Translations under genes and position numbers: made by a program
Notes under the pieces: model-generated
Told to the model about the DNA's origin: nothing
Database searches by the model: none
Seen by the model: only the letters and a program-made list of their open reading frames with translations
NCBI GenBank assembly: GCA_018830295.1
Contig: JAHJSM010000001.1
Coordinates: 257,980-321,979, forward strand
Source: Patescibacteria group bacterium
GTDB lineage: Bacteria > Patescibacteriota > Minisyncoccia > Portnoybacterales > UBA2143
Direction of reading: 5' to 3'
Length of the DNA: 64,000 nucleotides
Shown here: one piece after another, positions 42,273 to 51,542 of the stretch
Layout: every line of letters begins with the position of its first letter
How positions within the stretch are numbered: position 1 is the stretch's first letter

Positions 42273-45266
42273 ATGACTTCAAATATTTCTCAAGAAAACA
42301 CATTAGTAGAAAAAATGGATGTTATTAGGCGGCAAGCCGAAGAAAAAAGAGCGGAAGATTTGGCTAAAAAACTTAATCTTCCTTATGTTAATTTAAACAT
42401 CACGCCAATTGATTCGCAAGACCTACTTATTATCCCAAAAGAAAAAGCCAAAGAAGGAATAATGGTTGTTATGAAAAAAGCCGGACGCGTTCTTCAAATC
42501 GCCGTTCAGGACCCTGAAAATACGAGAACGATTCAAGTTATAGAAGAACTTAAAAAACAAAATTTTGATTGTCATCTATTTGTTGTTTCTTTGACTGGAC
42601 TTAAAAAAGCATGGAATCGTTATGAACTCATACCTCAAGAAACCACCGATCTTCGAGGGCTCCTTATTATCCAACAACAAGAATTAAACAAATTTGAAAA
42701 ATCACTTGAAACAATTCAAGATCTGAAAAAAGCAGTTCATGATTTATCTACGACTCAGCTTTTAGCAATTTTAATCGCCGGCGCTATAAAAATGAAAGCG
42801 TCTGACATTCACTTTGAGCCCTCCAAAGACAACACTAAATTAAGATACCGCATTGACGGAATACTCCAAAATATTACTGATTTTCCGACAGAAAATTACC
42901 TTTCTCTTTTATTTAGAATTAAAACATTGTCAGATATGCTCTTGAATGTTCATGATATCAGCCAAGATGGACGATTTTCAGTTAGAATCTCTGATGACGA
43001 TAAAATAATCAAAATCATTGATTTGAGAATTTCCGTTTTGCCGAGCGGATATGGAGAAAGCGTCGTAATACGGCTTTTGGGATCGTCAGCCGTAGAGTTA
43101 AGCATAAGTGATGTTGGTATCAGACCAGAATTATTCGAAACAGTTAAAAGTCAAATTACCCGTCCGCACGGAATGGTTTTAACCACAGGACCGACTGGCT
43201 CGGGAAAAACAACCACCCTCTACGCCTGCCTTAATTATATTAATAAGCCAGGCAACAAAATCATCACCGTTGAAGACCCGATTGAATACCGCCTCGCGGG
43301 AATTACTCAAACCCAAATCAACAAACGCAAAGGACAGGACTTTACCCAAGCGCTCAAGGCGGTTGTTCGCCAAGACCCAGACGCTTTAATGGTCGGAGAA
43401 ATCAGAGATAACGAAAGCGCGGAAATTGCCATTCGCTTCGCTTTAACGGGGCATTTGGTTTTTTCCACGCTTCACACTAATGACGCCGCCGGCGCTATCC
43501 CGCGACTGATAGATATGGGCGTCAAACCATCCTTTGTTCCTGCGGCGGTTAATTTGATTATCGGCCAGCGACTGGTCAGAAAACTTTGCCCTAAATGCAA
43601 AGAGCCCTACAAGCCGACTTCTGAAGAAATAGAAATAACTAAAAAAATATTTTCTCTAATTTCTCCAAGGTCTGGCATAGATATTCCTAAAAAAATAACG
43701 ACATTTTATAAGTCCGTCGGATGCCGCGCGTGCCATGGTTTGGGATATAAGGGACGACTCGGAGTTTTTGAATTTTTCACCATTAGCGACACAATTGAAA
43801 AACTAATTATTGAAAAAGCCACCTCGCTTGAATTAAACGCCAAGGCGATGGAAGAAGGAATGGTAACTCTCATGCAAGACGCGATGCTCCGCGTAGTTGA
43901 AGGAATAACAACTATTGAAGAAATACAACGAGTTATTGGTTCGCCTCAATATATTGAACAACTTTATGGCAAAGCAATTATGTCGATGTTGACCAGGGCG
44001 CTGGTTATTAGTAAAAAAGCCGACGATTGGGCGAAAGAACTAAATTTAGACAGGAAAAAAATACAAGCAAAAATTGATCAAGTTAAAATGGAAGAATTGG
44101 TTGAATGGTTATCAGCGGCCGCTCTGCAATTGAACGCCTCTGACATCCACATGGAGGCCGATGAAAATGTTTTCAGGATTCGATTGAGAGTAGACGGTGT
44201 TCTTGAAGAAGTGGCGGAAATCCAAAAAGAATTATTCCTGCCAATGGTGGCTGAAATCAAAGAATTGGCGGGAATGCAAATATCCGTCCATAAAAGAGCG
44301 CAAGACGGTCGATTTAAAATAGAATACCCCGATGGAAAATCGTATGACACTCGGGTCTCGGTTATCCCAAGCGGTTATGGAGAGTCCGTTATTATCCGCC
44401 TCCTTAAATCCGATGTCTCTGTTTTATCATTAAAAGAAATCGGGTTTAGAGAAGAACAATTAGAAACGATTGAAAAAATCATCAAATCGCCTAACGGTAT
44501 TGTTTTTGTCACCGGACCGACCAGCGCCGGCAAAACAACGACTCTTTATTCAATTCTCTCGCGACTTAACCGTCCTGAAGTAAAAATCTTCACCATTGAA
44601 GACCCGATTGAATACCGCTTGAGCGGCGTCATTCAAACGCAAGTAAGCGTTGAAGAGGGATACACTTTTCTTGAGGCCTTAAGAGCGTTATTAAGACAGA
44701 ACCCGAATATTATTATGCTTGGAGAAACAAGAGACGCTGAAACGGCTCAAGCGGCTATTCAGGCATCTTTAACGGGACACTTGGTTTTAACTACTCTCCA
44801 TACCAACAGCGCTGTTGAAACAATCCAACGGCTGGTAAACCTTGGTATTAAGCCAACCGATGTTGGATCTTCTTTAAGGGCAGCCATCGCCCAGCGGCTA
44901 GTCAAAAAACTTTGCCAAAAATGCAAAAAACCAACTAAAATTTCTCCTGAAATTATGGCAAAAGTTGAAGCAGAGATTAAAGCAATGCCCGCTTCTTATA
45001 GGAATAAAATTAAAGAAATTAAACTATATCAACCAGGACAATGCGATGAATGTAATCAAAAGGGGTATAAAGGACAAGTCGTTTTGTTTGAAATTTTAGA
45101 CGCCGATGAAGAAATAAGAGAGAAAATCATTTCTTTAGCCAGCGCCGCCGAAATAGAAGAAGCAGCCAAAAGCAAAGGGATGCTAACTCTCTACCAAGAC
45201 GGTCTCTTGAAGGCGTTAGAAGGTTTAATTACTTATGAGGACTTAGAACGAACCGTCGGGGAATAA
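42273..45266 (+). CDS. tandem-duplicated type IV pilus / type II secretion assembly ATPase (two complete PilB/GspE modules in one chain)
   Basis: Start re-assigned to Met28 of track ORF 42192-45266 to avoid overlap with tsaE; each half has an N1E-like domain, Walker A ('GPTGSGKTTTLYA' / 'GPTSAGKTTTLYS'), Walker B, His box ('GHLVFSTLHTNDA' / 'GHLVLTTLHTNSA') and a tetracysteine zinc motif ('CPKCK...CRACHG' / 'CQKCKK...CDECNQ'). Confidence 0.8.
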   Translation: MTSNISQENTLVEKMDVIRRQAEEKRAEDLAKKLNLPYVNLNITPIDSQDLLIIPKEKAKEGIMVVMKKAGRVLQIAVQDPENTRTIQVIEELKKQNFDCHLFVVSLTGLKKAWNRYELIPQETTDLRGLLIIQQQELNKFEKSLETIQDLKKAVHDLSTTQLLAILIAGAIKMKASDIHFEPSKDNTKLRYRIDGILQNITDFPTENYLSLLFRIKTLSDMLLNVHDISQDGRFSVRISDDDKIIKIIDLRISVLPSGYGESVVIRLLGSSAVELSISDVGIRPELFETVKSQITRPHGMVLTTGPTGSGKTTTLYACLNYINKPGNKIITVEDPIEYRLAGITQTQINKRKGQDFTQALKAVVRQDPDALMVGEIRDNESAEIAIRFALTGHLVFSTLHTNDAAGAIPRLIDMGVKPSFVPAAVNLIIGQRLVRKLCPKCKEPYKPTSEEIEITKKIFSLISPRSGIDIPKKITTFYKSVGCRACHGLGYKGRLGVFEFFTISDTIEKLIIEKATSLELNAKAMEEGMVTLMQDAMLRVVEGITTIEEIQRVIGSPQYIEQLYGKAIMSMLTRALVISKKADDWAKELNLDRKKIQAKIDQVKMEELVEWLSAAALQLNASDIHMEADENVFRIRLRVDGVLEEVAEIQKELFLPMVAEIKELAGMQISVHKRAQDGRFKIEYPDGKSYDTRVSVIPSGYGESVIIRLLKSDVSVLSLKEIGFREEQLETIEKIIKSPNGIVFVTGPTSAGKTTTLYSILSRLNRPEVKIFTIEDPIEYRLSGVIQTQVSVEEGYTFLEALRALLRQNPNIIMLGETRDAETAQAAIQASLTGHLVLTTLHTNSAVETIQRLVNLGIKPTDVGSSLRAAIAQRLVKKLCQKCKKPTKISPEIMAKVEAEIKAMPASYRNKIKEIKLYQPGQCDECNQKGYKGQVVLFEILDADEEIREKIISLASAAEIEEAAKSKGMLTLYQDGLLKALEGLITYEDLERTVGE

Positions 45267-45269
45267 AAA

Positions 45270-45435
45270 TAGCCCCCATTAGTCCGCGGGCAAAGCTCCC
45301 TGCCTGAGAACAGAGAGAAAGATTCTTCCGAGGAGCGCTTCAGTCGGAACCAAGGCGTCCAAAATCTAAGAGAAAATCCCAAAGAGTTCTATAGTAATAT
45401 AAAACTCTATTACCCGCAGACTAAAAAGGGCTATC
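45270..45435. ncRNA. candidate structured RNA closed by a long-range helix (ATAGCCC..TTAGTCCGCGGG with CCCGCAGACTAA..GGGCTAT); family unknown
   Basis: 19 of 20 positions pair across about 120 nt; internal local hairpins (AGAGTT...AACTCT); GC-richer than flanks; between the PilB-like gene and ruvB. Confidence 0.3.
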
Positions 45436-45491
45436 TAAAGACCTCCCTTAGGAGGCCTATATTGCCCGTATCATATCAGGTTAAGTAATCT

Positions 45492-46520
45492 TTGTCAAGT
45501 ATTTTTATGCTCACTTCACCAACACAAACAACAGAAGACAAGTATTTAGACGCAGCTTTACGGCCGCGCGTTTTTGAGGACTATGTTGGACAGGAAAAAA
45601 TCAAGAACAACTTGAGCGTTCTAATTGAGGCGGCGCAAAAAAGAGAAGAAGCGATTGAACACATCCTATTATACGGCAGTTCTGGCTTGGGGAAAACTAC
45701 CTTGGCGCATATCATCGCTCGAAAGATGGGCGGCAACATAAAAATCACCTCCGGACCAGCAATTGAAAAAGTTGGCGATCTTGCTTCTATTCTAACAAAT
45801 TTGCAGGATAATGACATCCTTTTCATTGATGAGTGCCACCGCCTCAATAAAACCATTGAGGAGACGCTTTATTCAGCGATGGAAGATTTCGCTTTGGACA
45901 TCATTATCGGCAAAGGCCCGTCAGCGCGAACACTCCAATTGGAACTGCCTCGCTTTACTCTTATTGGCGCAACGACAAGAATTGGATTGATTTCATCTCC
46001 CCTGCGAGGAAGATTTGGCGCTACTTATCGCTTGAATTTTTACGAACAAGAGGACATAGAGAGTATTATCGCTCATTCAGCGAAAATACTCAAGATAGAG
46101 ATAGATTGCGATAAGGCGCTCAAGATTATCGCCAACGCGGCGCGCCGAACTCCTCGCGTGGCAAACCGCCTTTTGAAAAGGGTCCGGGATTACAGCCAAG
46201 TCAGAGGCGACGGAATTATTAACAAGCAAACCGCCAAAGAAGCGCTGGCAATGCTGGAAATAGACCAATACGGGCTTGAACCAGCAGACCGTCATCTCTT
46301 GGAAGTCATTATCACAAAATTCAACGGCGGCCCCGTCGGCATCAAAGCCCTGACCGCTTCTAGCAACGAAGAAGCCGAAACCATCGCCGATGTCCACGAA
46401 CCATACCTCCTCCAAACCGGCTTCCTCGCCCGCACCCCCCGCGGCCGAGTCGCAACCAAACTCGCCTACGACCACCTCGGAATTAAATGCGAAGAAGAAG
46501 AAAACAAACTGCGTTTTTAA
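45492..46520 (+). CDS. ruvB: Holliday junction branch-migration ATPase RuvB
   Basis: 342 aa; 'LLYGSSGLGKTTLAHIIA' Walker A and sensor motifs; track start is TTG at 45492, alternative ATG at 45507. Confidence 0.9.
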   Translation: MSSIFMLTSPTQTTEDKYLDAALRPRVFEDYVGQEKIKNNLSVLIEAAQKREEAIEHILLYGSSGLGKTTLAHIIARKMGGNIKITSGPAIEKVGDLASILTNLQDNDILFIDECHRLNKTIEETLYSAMEDFALDIIIGKGPSARTLQLELPRFTLIGATTRIGLISSPLRGRFGATYRLNFYEQEDIESIIAHSAKILKIEIDCDKALKIIANAARRTPRVANRLLKRVRDYSQVRGDGIINKQTAKEALAMLEIDQYGLEPADRHLLEVIITKFNGGPVGIKALTASSNEEAETIADVHEPYLLQTGFLARTPRGRVATKLAYDHLGIKCEEEENKLRF

Positions 46521-46799
46521 TTATTGATAAATGCGGTGTGTTTCGATTAAATAGAAACGAACCGTATTTTTGTCTATAAACCTAAAAACAATTCTATATC
46601 TATAGCCAACAGAAAATGACCAATATTTCTCAACTTTTTTCCTAAATTTTCCAGAAAGTTTATGGGTTTTTAGTCGTTTATCAAAAGGATTTTGGAGAAA
46701 AATATCTTCTTTTTCTCCTGCCAAATTTTTAATTTTATCTGGCAATTTTTTATAGTTTCTAATAAACTTAGAACTATAGAATATTTTTAATTTTGACAT
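46521..46799 (-). CDS. RelE/ParE-family type II toxin
   Basis: 92 aa; C-terminal 'YRIVFRFIDKNTVRFYLIETHRIY' pattern of RelE/ParE toxins; downstream of an RHH antitoxin gene. Confidence 0.65.
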   Translation of the reverse strand: MSKLKIFYSSKFIRNYKKLPDKIKNLAGEKEDIFLQNPFDKRLKTHKLSGKFRKKVEKYWSFSVGYRYRIVFRFIDKNTVRFYLIETHRIYQ

Positions 46800-46873
46800 C
46801 TTTAGTTTACCTATAACCCACCGATGATTTTTATAGATATAATTATTTATTAATAACCTTTATTTTATTTTAA

Positions 46874-47092
46874 TTATCTTAAATCTTTTAGAGAACGCAA
46901 AACCACGCCCTTGCCGGCGTCAAATTCTTTGTCCATTTCTTCCAATTCAGCCAAGAGATTACTCTCTTCTTCGTAGTCGCGCAAAATAGAGCGAAAAAAT
47001 TCGCTGATACTGGCATACTTACCCTTTTTGACCTCCCGCCTGACCATTTTAGCCGTCGCGGCAGGCAAAGAAATATTGATGATATTGCGCAT
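46874..47092 (-). CDS. RHH-type antitoxin (ParD/CopG-like)
   Basis: 72 aa; N-terminal beta-strand 'NISLPAATAKMVRREV' then helices; inverted repeat TGTAATA-ATCTG-TATTACA (47125-47143) just upstream as a likely operator. Confidence 0.6.
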   Translation of the reverse strand: MRNIINISLPAATAKMVRREVKKGKYASISEFFRSILRDYEEESNLLAELEEMDKEFDAGKGVVLRSLKDLR

Positions 47093-47165
47093 AGTTTTAT
47101 TTTTATTTATTATTATTATTTTGCTGTAATAATCTGTATTACAATCTTATCAAACGCGAAAATTC

Positions 47166-48818
47166 TTGTCAAGTATTATGTTTAAAAATAAATTCAAAAT
47201 AAAAATCTTCTTTTCTGTTTGTCTTGTTTTTGTTTTCTGTCTCCCTTCTCTCGCCAGCGCTGGCGATGTTGTGATTAACGAAATTATGGTCGGTCAAACT
47301 GGCGCGGCTAAAAATGAATTTATTGAATTATACAATTCTACTGAAAACAACATTGATTTGACAGAATACAAGTTAAAAAAGAAAACAAAGAGCGGCGCTG
47401 AAAGCAATTTAGTTAGTTCGTCCAAATTTATCGGTATAATACCCGCGCGCGGGTATTTTTTAATCGCCCATCCTGATTACAAAAATACAATCAACGCCGA
47501 CCTCGCCTATTCGGGCTCCTCGTATTCTATCGCAAGCGACAATACCATTATTCTCTATAACAAAGAAGATACCGTTGTTGATAAGGTTGGCTATGGTGAA
47601 GAAGTTGTTGATTTTGAGAATCAAGCCGCCCCTAATCCAGAAAACAACCAAAGTATAGAGCGGCAACCAGTCGGATATGATTCAAACAACAATAGCGCTG
47701 ATTTTGTTATTCAAAGCACGCCCAATCCGCAAAACTCGGGCGGACAAGAAGAGATAGGGACAGTCCCCGCAACAGGGACTGTCCCTATCTCTTCCGCCGT
47801 CCCCACTCCCGTCGTTAACAATCCCCCTATTGCCAATGCCGGGTCGGATATGGTCGCTCTAATTGGACAGGAAATACTATTTGACGGCTCCCTGTCTTCT
47901 GACCCCGATAATGACGAGTTGTCGTATTTTTGGAACTTTGGCGATGGCGCGACCGACACTGAACAATTATCCAAACATACTTATCTTTATCCGGGACAAT
48001 ATATCGCAAGTTTGCTCGTTAACGACGGAGAATTTTCCGATTTGGCTCTTGTGAGCATTAATATCTACAATCAATCAGTTATTATCAGCGAATTTATGCC
48101 CGCTCCCGAAGAAGGAGACGCGGAAAATGAATGGATCGAATTATTTAACCAAAGCGACCAAATCGCTAATTTAACAAATTGGCAATTAGACGACCAAGAA
48201 GGCGGAAGTTCGCCTTTTGTTTTTCCAGCAAACAGTTTCATTGCGCCTAATCAATTTCTGGTTTTAATCAGGCCGATTACAAAAATCGCCCTCAATAACG
48301 ACAATGACCAAGTCCGCCTTATTTACCCCGACGGCTCTTTAGCCGCCGAAGTTGGATATTTAGCGGAAAAGAAAGAAGGGTTTTCAATCGCTTTTGACGG
48401 CTCTGAATATTTTTGGACAAAAACCCCCACGCCCGGTTCGCCTAATATTATTACCTCTAACAACCTAAACGCAAAAGAAGAAAATCTATCCGCCAACAAT
48501 CCCGACCCTATCGCCCAACAAGCCCAAAATACGCCAGAAAACATAGTCGCGGTTAATCTCAATCAAAGCGAGAGTTTTTCCGCCCTAAACGCGCCTGCGG
48601 AAAATGTCGGAAGCATAGAAAACAAAAAAACAGTTCTTTCGGAAACAGTCAACCCCCAAAACCAAACCGCATCTCTCGCCCAATCCGCCCAACCAAACCA
48701 AAAATCAACCTTAATTCTAATCATCTCAATCATAATCTCCACCGCCCTCCTCGCCAGTTGGGGATTGATTATGCTGTCAAAGAGAAAATCACTTAATAAT
48801 ATTACGCATAATGAATAA
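47166..48818 (+). CDS. lamin-tail-domain (LTD) surface protein with signal peptide, central PKD-like domain and C-terminal TM anchor
   Basis: 550 aa; two LTD-like modules ('VVINEIM...NEFIELYN', 'VIISEFMP...NEWIELFN'), PKD-like 'DPDNDELSYFWNFGDGATDTE', C-terminal hydrophobic anchor + 'SKRK'; probable true start ATG 47178. Confidence 0.75.
   Translation: MSSIMFKNKFKIKIFFSVCLVFVFCLPSLASAGDVVINEIMVGQTGAAKNEFIELYNSTENNIDLTEYKLKKKTKSGAESNLVSSSKFIGIIPARGYFLIAHPDYKNTINADLAYSGSSYSIASDNTIILYNKEDTVVDKVGYGEEVVDFENQAAPNPENNQSIERQPVGYDSNNNSADFVIQSTPNPQNSGGQEEIGTVPATGTVPISSAVPTPVVNNPPIANAGSDMVALIGQEILFDGSLSSDPDNDELSYFWNFGDGATDTEQLSKHTYLYPGQYIASLLVNDGEFSDLALVSINIYNQSVIISEFMPAPEEGDAENEWIELFNQSDQIANLTNWQLDDQEGGSSPFVFPANSFIAPNQFLVLIRPITKIALNNDNDQVRLIYPDGSLAAEVGYLAEKKEGFSIAFDGSEYFWTKTPTPGSPNIITSNNLNAKEENLSANNPDPIAQQAQNTPENIVAVNLNQSESFSALNAPAENVGSIENKKTVLSETVNPQNQTASLAQSAQPNQKSTLILIISIIISTALLASWGLIMLSKRKSLNNITHNE
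47753..47791. repeat. inverted repeat AGATAGGGACAGTCCC-CGCAACA-GGGACTGTCCCTATCT inside the LTD gene (in-frame, encodes IGTVPATGTVPIS)
   Basis: Read directly; arms match the intergenic copy at 55448-55488. Confidence 0.8.
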
Positions 48819-49539
48819 AAATGAAATTATAACGCAGAATGCTGTAAAATATGTTAAAGAAAATTCAAAAAAGATAATACAAGAAATTGTTGGCGATAAA
48901 GCATCTTTTGGTAAAAATAAACTTTTTTCTGTTTCTGTTTTTATGGCTGGTTCACCCGGCGCGGGGAAAACAGAAATGTCCAAAAAATCAATAGAAATTA
49001 TTGAACATGATCCCAACGCTAAAGCATACGAAAAAATCACTAGAATAGACCCCGATGATATCAGAGAAAAATTACCACTATATAACGGAAGAAATTCCGA
49101 CTTGTTCCAAGCCGCTTGCTCTGTAGCTGTTGATAAAATTCACGATTATGTTCTTAAAAATAATTTTGATTTTCTTTTAGACGGGACTTTCTCTAATTAC
49201 AATAAGGTAAGAGAAAATATCTACAGATCTATCAAAAGGAAACGGCTTATTTTTATTTACTATGTTTACCAAGACCCAGTAATCGCATGGGGTTTTACTA
49301 AAAAAAGAGAACAAATAGACGGAAGACATATCCCAAAAGAAGCTTTTATAGAACACTTTTTTAACGCGAAAGAAAATGTAAGTAAAATTAAAAAAGAATT
49401 TAAAGATTTAGTAAAAATCCGCGTCATAGAAAGAAACCTCAAAACTGACTATTCAAAAATTGGACTTGATGTTGATATTGATAATTATATTAAAATCGGA
49501 TATACTAAAGAAGAATTAAATAAATTGTTATTATGGTAG
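48811..49539 (+). CDS. zeta-toxin-like P-loop kinase (AAA domain) protein
   Basis: 242 aa; Walker A 'GSPGAGKTE', 'LLDGTFSNY'; overlaps the LTD gene end by 8 nt; family call tentative. Confidence 0.45.
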   Translation: MNKNEIITQNAVKYVKENSKKIIQEIVGDKASFGKNKLFSVSVFMAGSPGAGKTEMSKKSIEIIEHDPNAKAYEKITRIDPDDIREKLPLYNGRNSDLFQAACSVAVDKIHDYVLKNNFDFLLDGTFSNYNKVRENIYRSIKRKRLIFIYYVYQDPVIAWGFTKKREQIDGRHIPKEAFIEHFFNAKENVSKIKKEFKDLVKIRVIERNLKTDYSKIGLDVDIDNYIKIGYTKEELNKLLLW

Positions 49540-49751
49540 ATTATATTAAAAAACTGTTAAAAAACTGTTATAAATTTGGCAGAAAAGAAAAAGACACAAA
49601 GCCGCATTATGGTTCTTTTTACGCTTTCTCTAACTATTCTCCAGAAAGACAAAAAGAAATATTAACGCAAGCCGCCAAAGAAGCCAACAAAGAGCAAAGA
49701 GATTTGATAAACAGATACGATAAAACAATAAAGCCGATCCAAAAAGATTAA
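49533..49751 (+). CDS. small hypothetical protein
   Basis: 72 aa; 7-nt overlap with upstream gene; a terminator follows. Confidence 0.35.
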   Translation: MVDYIKKLLKNCYKFGRKEKDTKPHYGSFYAFSNYSPERQKEILTQAAKEANKEQRDLINRYDKTIKPIQKD

Positions 49752-49777
49752 ACTTTAATACGCTGATAATAAAAAGA

Positions 49778-49806
49778 CCTGAATAGTAATATTATTCAGG
49801 TTTTTT
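49778..49806 (+). terminator. intrinsic terminator CCTGAATA-loop-TATTCAGG + TTTTTT (coordinates approximate)
   Basis: 8-bp stem and U-run. Confidence 0.6.
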
Positions 49807-49817
49807 ATCCTTTCCCA

Positions 49818-49847
49818 TTGACACCTCCTCTCTCGCGATAGTATTAT
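49818..49847 (+). promoter_or_regulatory. sigma70-like promoter TTGACA-18-TATTAT ending about 6 nt before the yebC ATG (near-leaderless)
   Basis: Read directly. Confidence 0.4.
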
Positions 49848-49853
49848 GTAGGC

Positions 49854-50393
49854 ATGAGCGGACATAGTCATTTCTCAACTATTAAACATAAGAAGGGAGC
49901 GACTGATGTGAAGCGGGGCAAGATTTTTAGCAAGATGTCCCGTCTGATTAGCATTGCCGCGAGAGAGAAAGGGAGCGACCCAGAAATGAACCCTCGCTTG
50001 CGCATGGCGATTGACGCCGCGCGCAAAGAAAATATGCCCAAAGAAAATATTGAACGAGCAATTAAAAAGGGCTCGGGAGAAATTGAGGGAGCAAGAATGG
50101 AAGAAATTACTTACGAAGCATACGGTCCTTCAGGCGTGGCAATTATTATAGAAATTATTACCGACAACAAAAACCGAACGATTGCCGAGATTAGACACGC
50201 CTTAAAACAACATGACGGAAAACTCGCCGAAGGCGGAAGCGTTCTCTATCTTTTTAATAAAAAAGAAAACGAATGGGAACCCAAATATCCTTTGGAAATA
50301 ACTGACCAAAAAACCGTCAGCCAATTGGAAAAACTCTTTGAAGCGTTAGAAGAAAACGATGATGTGCAGGAAGTTTACAGTAATTTAAAGTAA
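49854..50393 (+). CDS. yebC: YebC/PmpR-family protein (short)
   Basis: 179 aa; 'GHSHFSTIKHKKGATDVKRGKIF', 'DPEMNPRLRMAID', 'YEAYGPSGVAIIIE..TDNKNRT'. Confidence 0.7.
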   Translation: MSGHSHFSTIKHKKGATDVKRGKIFSKMSRLISIAAREKGSDPEMNPRLRMAIDAARKENMPKENIERAIKKGSGEIEGARMEEITYEAYGPSGVAIIIEIITDNKNRTIAEIRHALKQHDGKLAEGGSVLYLFNKKENEWEPKYPLEITDQKTVSQLEKLFEALEENDDVQEVYSNLK

Positions 50394-50395
50394 TT

Positions 50396-50869
50396 ATGAT
50401 TATTATCGGCATTGACCCAGGAACAGCCATTACTGGATATGGAATTATAAAGAGCGAATTCGGCCGACTGGAAATGATTGACTATGGATGTATCCGAACC
50501 GAAACGTCTTTATCGACAGCCGAACGACTTAAAGAAACAGACCTTCAGTTTGTTAAGTTAATTAATGAATATCAGCCCGAAAAAGTGGCCGTTGAAGATA
50601 TTTTCTTTTTTAAAAATGCTAAGACCATCATTAAAGTAAGTCAGGCGCGAGGGGTAATTCTTTTCAGGGCGTCAAAAATGATGCTCCCTATTTTCGAACA
50701 CACGCCCCTTCAAGTCAAACAAGCTGTTACAGGATATGGTCGAGCCGACAAAAACCAAGTCCAGCAAATGGTCAAAAATATTCTTAAATTAAAAGAAATC
50801 CCTAAGCCCGACGACGCCGCCGACGCCTTAGCTATAGCCATCTGCTGCGCAAATACAAATAGTTTCTAA
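50396..50869 (+). CDS. ruvC: Holliday junction resolvase RuvC
   Basis: 157 aa; 'IIGIDPGTAITGYGI' RNase H-like fold with catalytic acidic residues. Confidence 0.9.
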   Translation: MIIIGIDPGTAITGYGIIKSEFGRLEMIDYGCIRTETSLSTAERLKETDLQFVKLINEYQPEKVAVEDIFFFKNAKTIIKVSQARGVILFRASKMMLPIFEHTPLQVKQAVTGYGRADKNQVQQMVKNILKLKEIPKPDDAADALAIAICCANTNSF

Positions 50870-50873
50870 TTTT

Positions 50874-51542
50874 ATGTCTTTTATCACCCAATACATGGTC
50901 AGCCAAGGAGTTCCTCAAGAGACGGTCATCCTTCTTTTGATGCTCCCGATTGTCGCGACGGTTATCGCTTTCGCGCGCCAAATTATCGGTATCAAGGGGT
51001 TTGGTATTTATACTCCCTTGATTCTCTCCTTCGCTTTTTTAAGCACCGGCCTCAAATATGGTTTGGCTTTTTTTGTGGCCATTCTTTTAGTCGGCACTGT
51101 CACAAGATATCTTGTTAAAAAAAGCCGTTTGCGTCTCCTCTATTTACCTCGCATCGCGATTGTTTTGTCTTCTGTCGCTTTGGCGATTTTAACTATTTTT
51201 TGGTTGGGGGCGTATACTGAAAAAACCGGACTAATATCGTCTTCTGTTTTCGCCATCTTAATTATGATTACTTTGGTTGAAAAATTTGTCTCCGCCCAAA
51301 TAGAAAGAGGAGCGAGAAAAGCGGTTATTCTAACATCTGAAACGCTCATTCTTTCTATTGTCTGCTATTGGGTCGCCAGTTGGCTCTGGCTGCAAAACAC
51401 AGTTTTCGCTTATCCTGTTTTGGTTTTTTTCGCGGCGATTATCATAAACATATTTCTCGGAAAATGGACTGGCTTGCGTTTTTATGAATATTTCCGCTTT
51501 AGAGAGTTAATTAAATATGTTGAATCCTCTCGGAAAAAGTAA
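50874..51542 (+). CDS. polytopic (about 7 TM) membrane protein, first gene of an ATP-grasp operon
   Basis: 222 aa; 6-7 hydrophobic helices; 26-nt overlap with the next gene. Confidence 0.55.
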   Translation: MSFITQYMVSQGVPQETVILLLMLPIVATVIAFARQIIGIKGFGIYTPLILSFAFLSTGLKYGLAFFVAILLVGTVTRYLVKKSRLRLLYLPRIAIVLSSVALAILTIFWLGAYTEKTGLISSSVFAILIMITLVEKFVSAQIERGARKAVILTSETLILSIVCYWVASWLWLQNTVFAYPVLVFFAAIIINIFLGKWTGLRFYEYFRFRELIKYVESSRKK

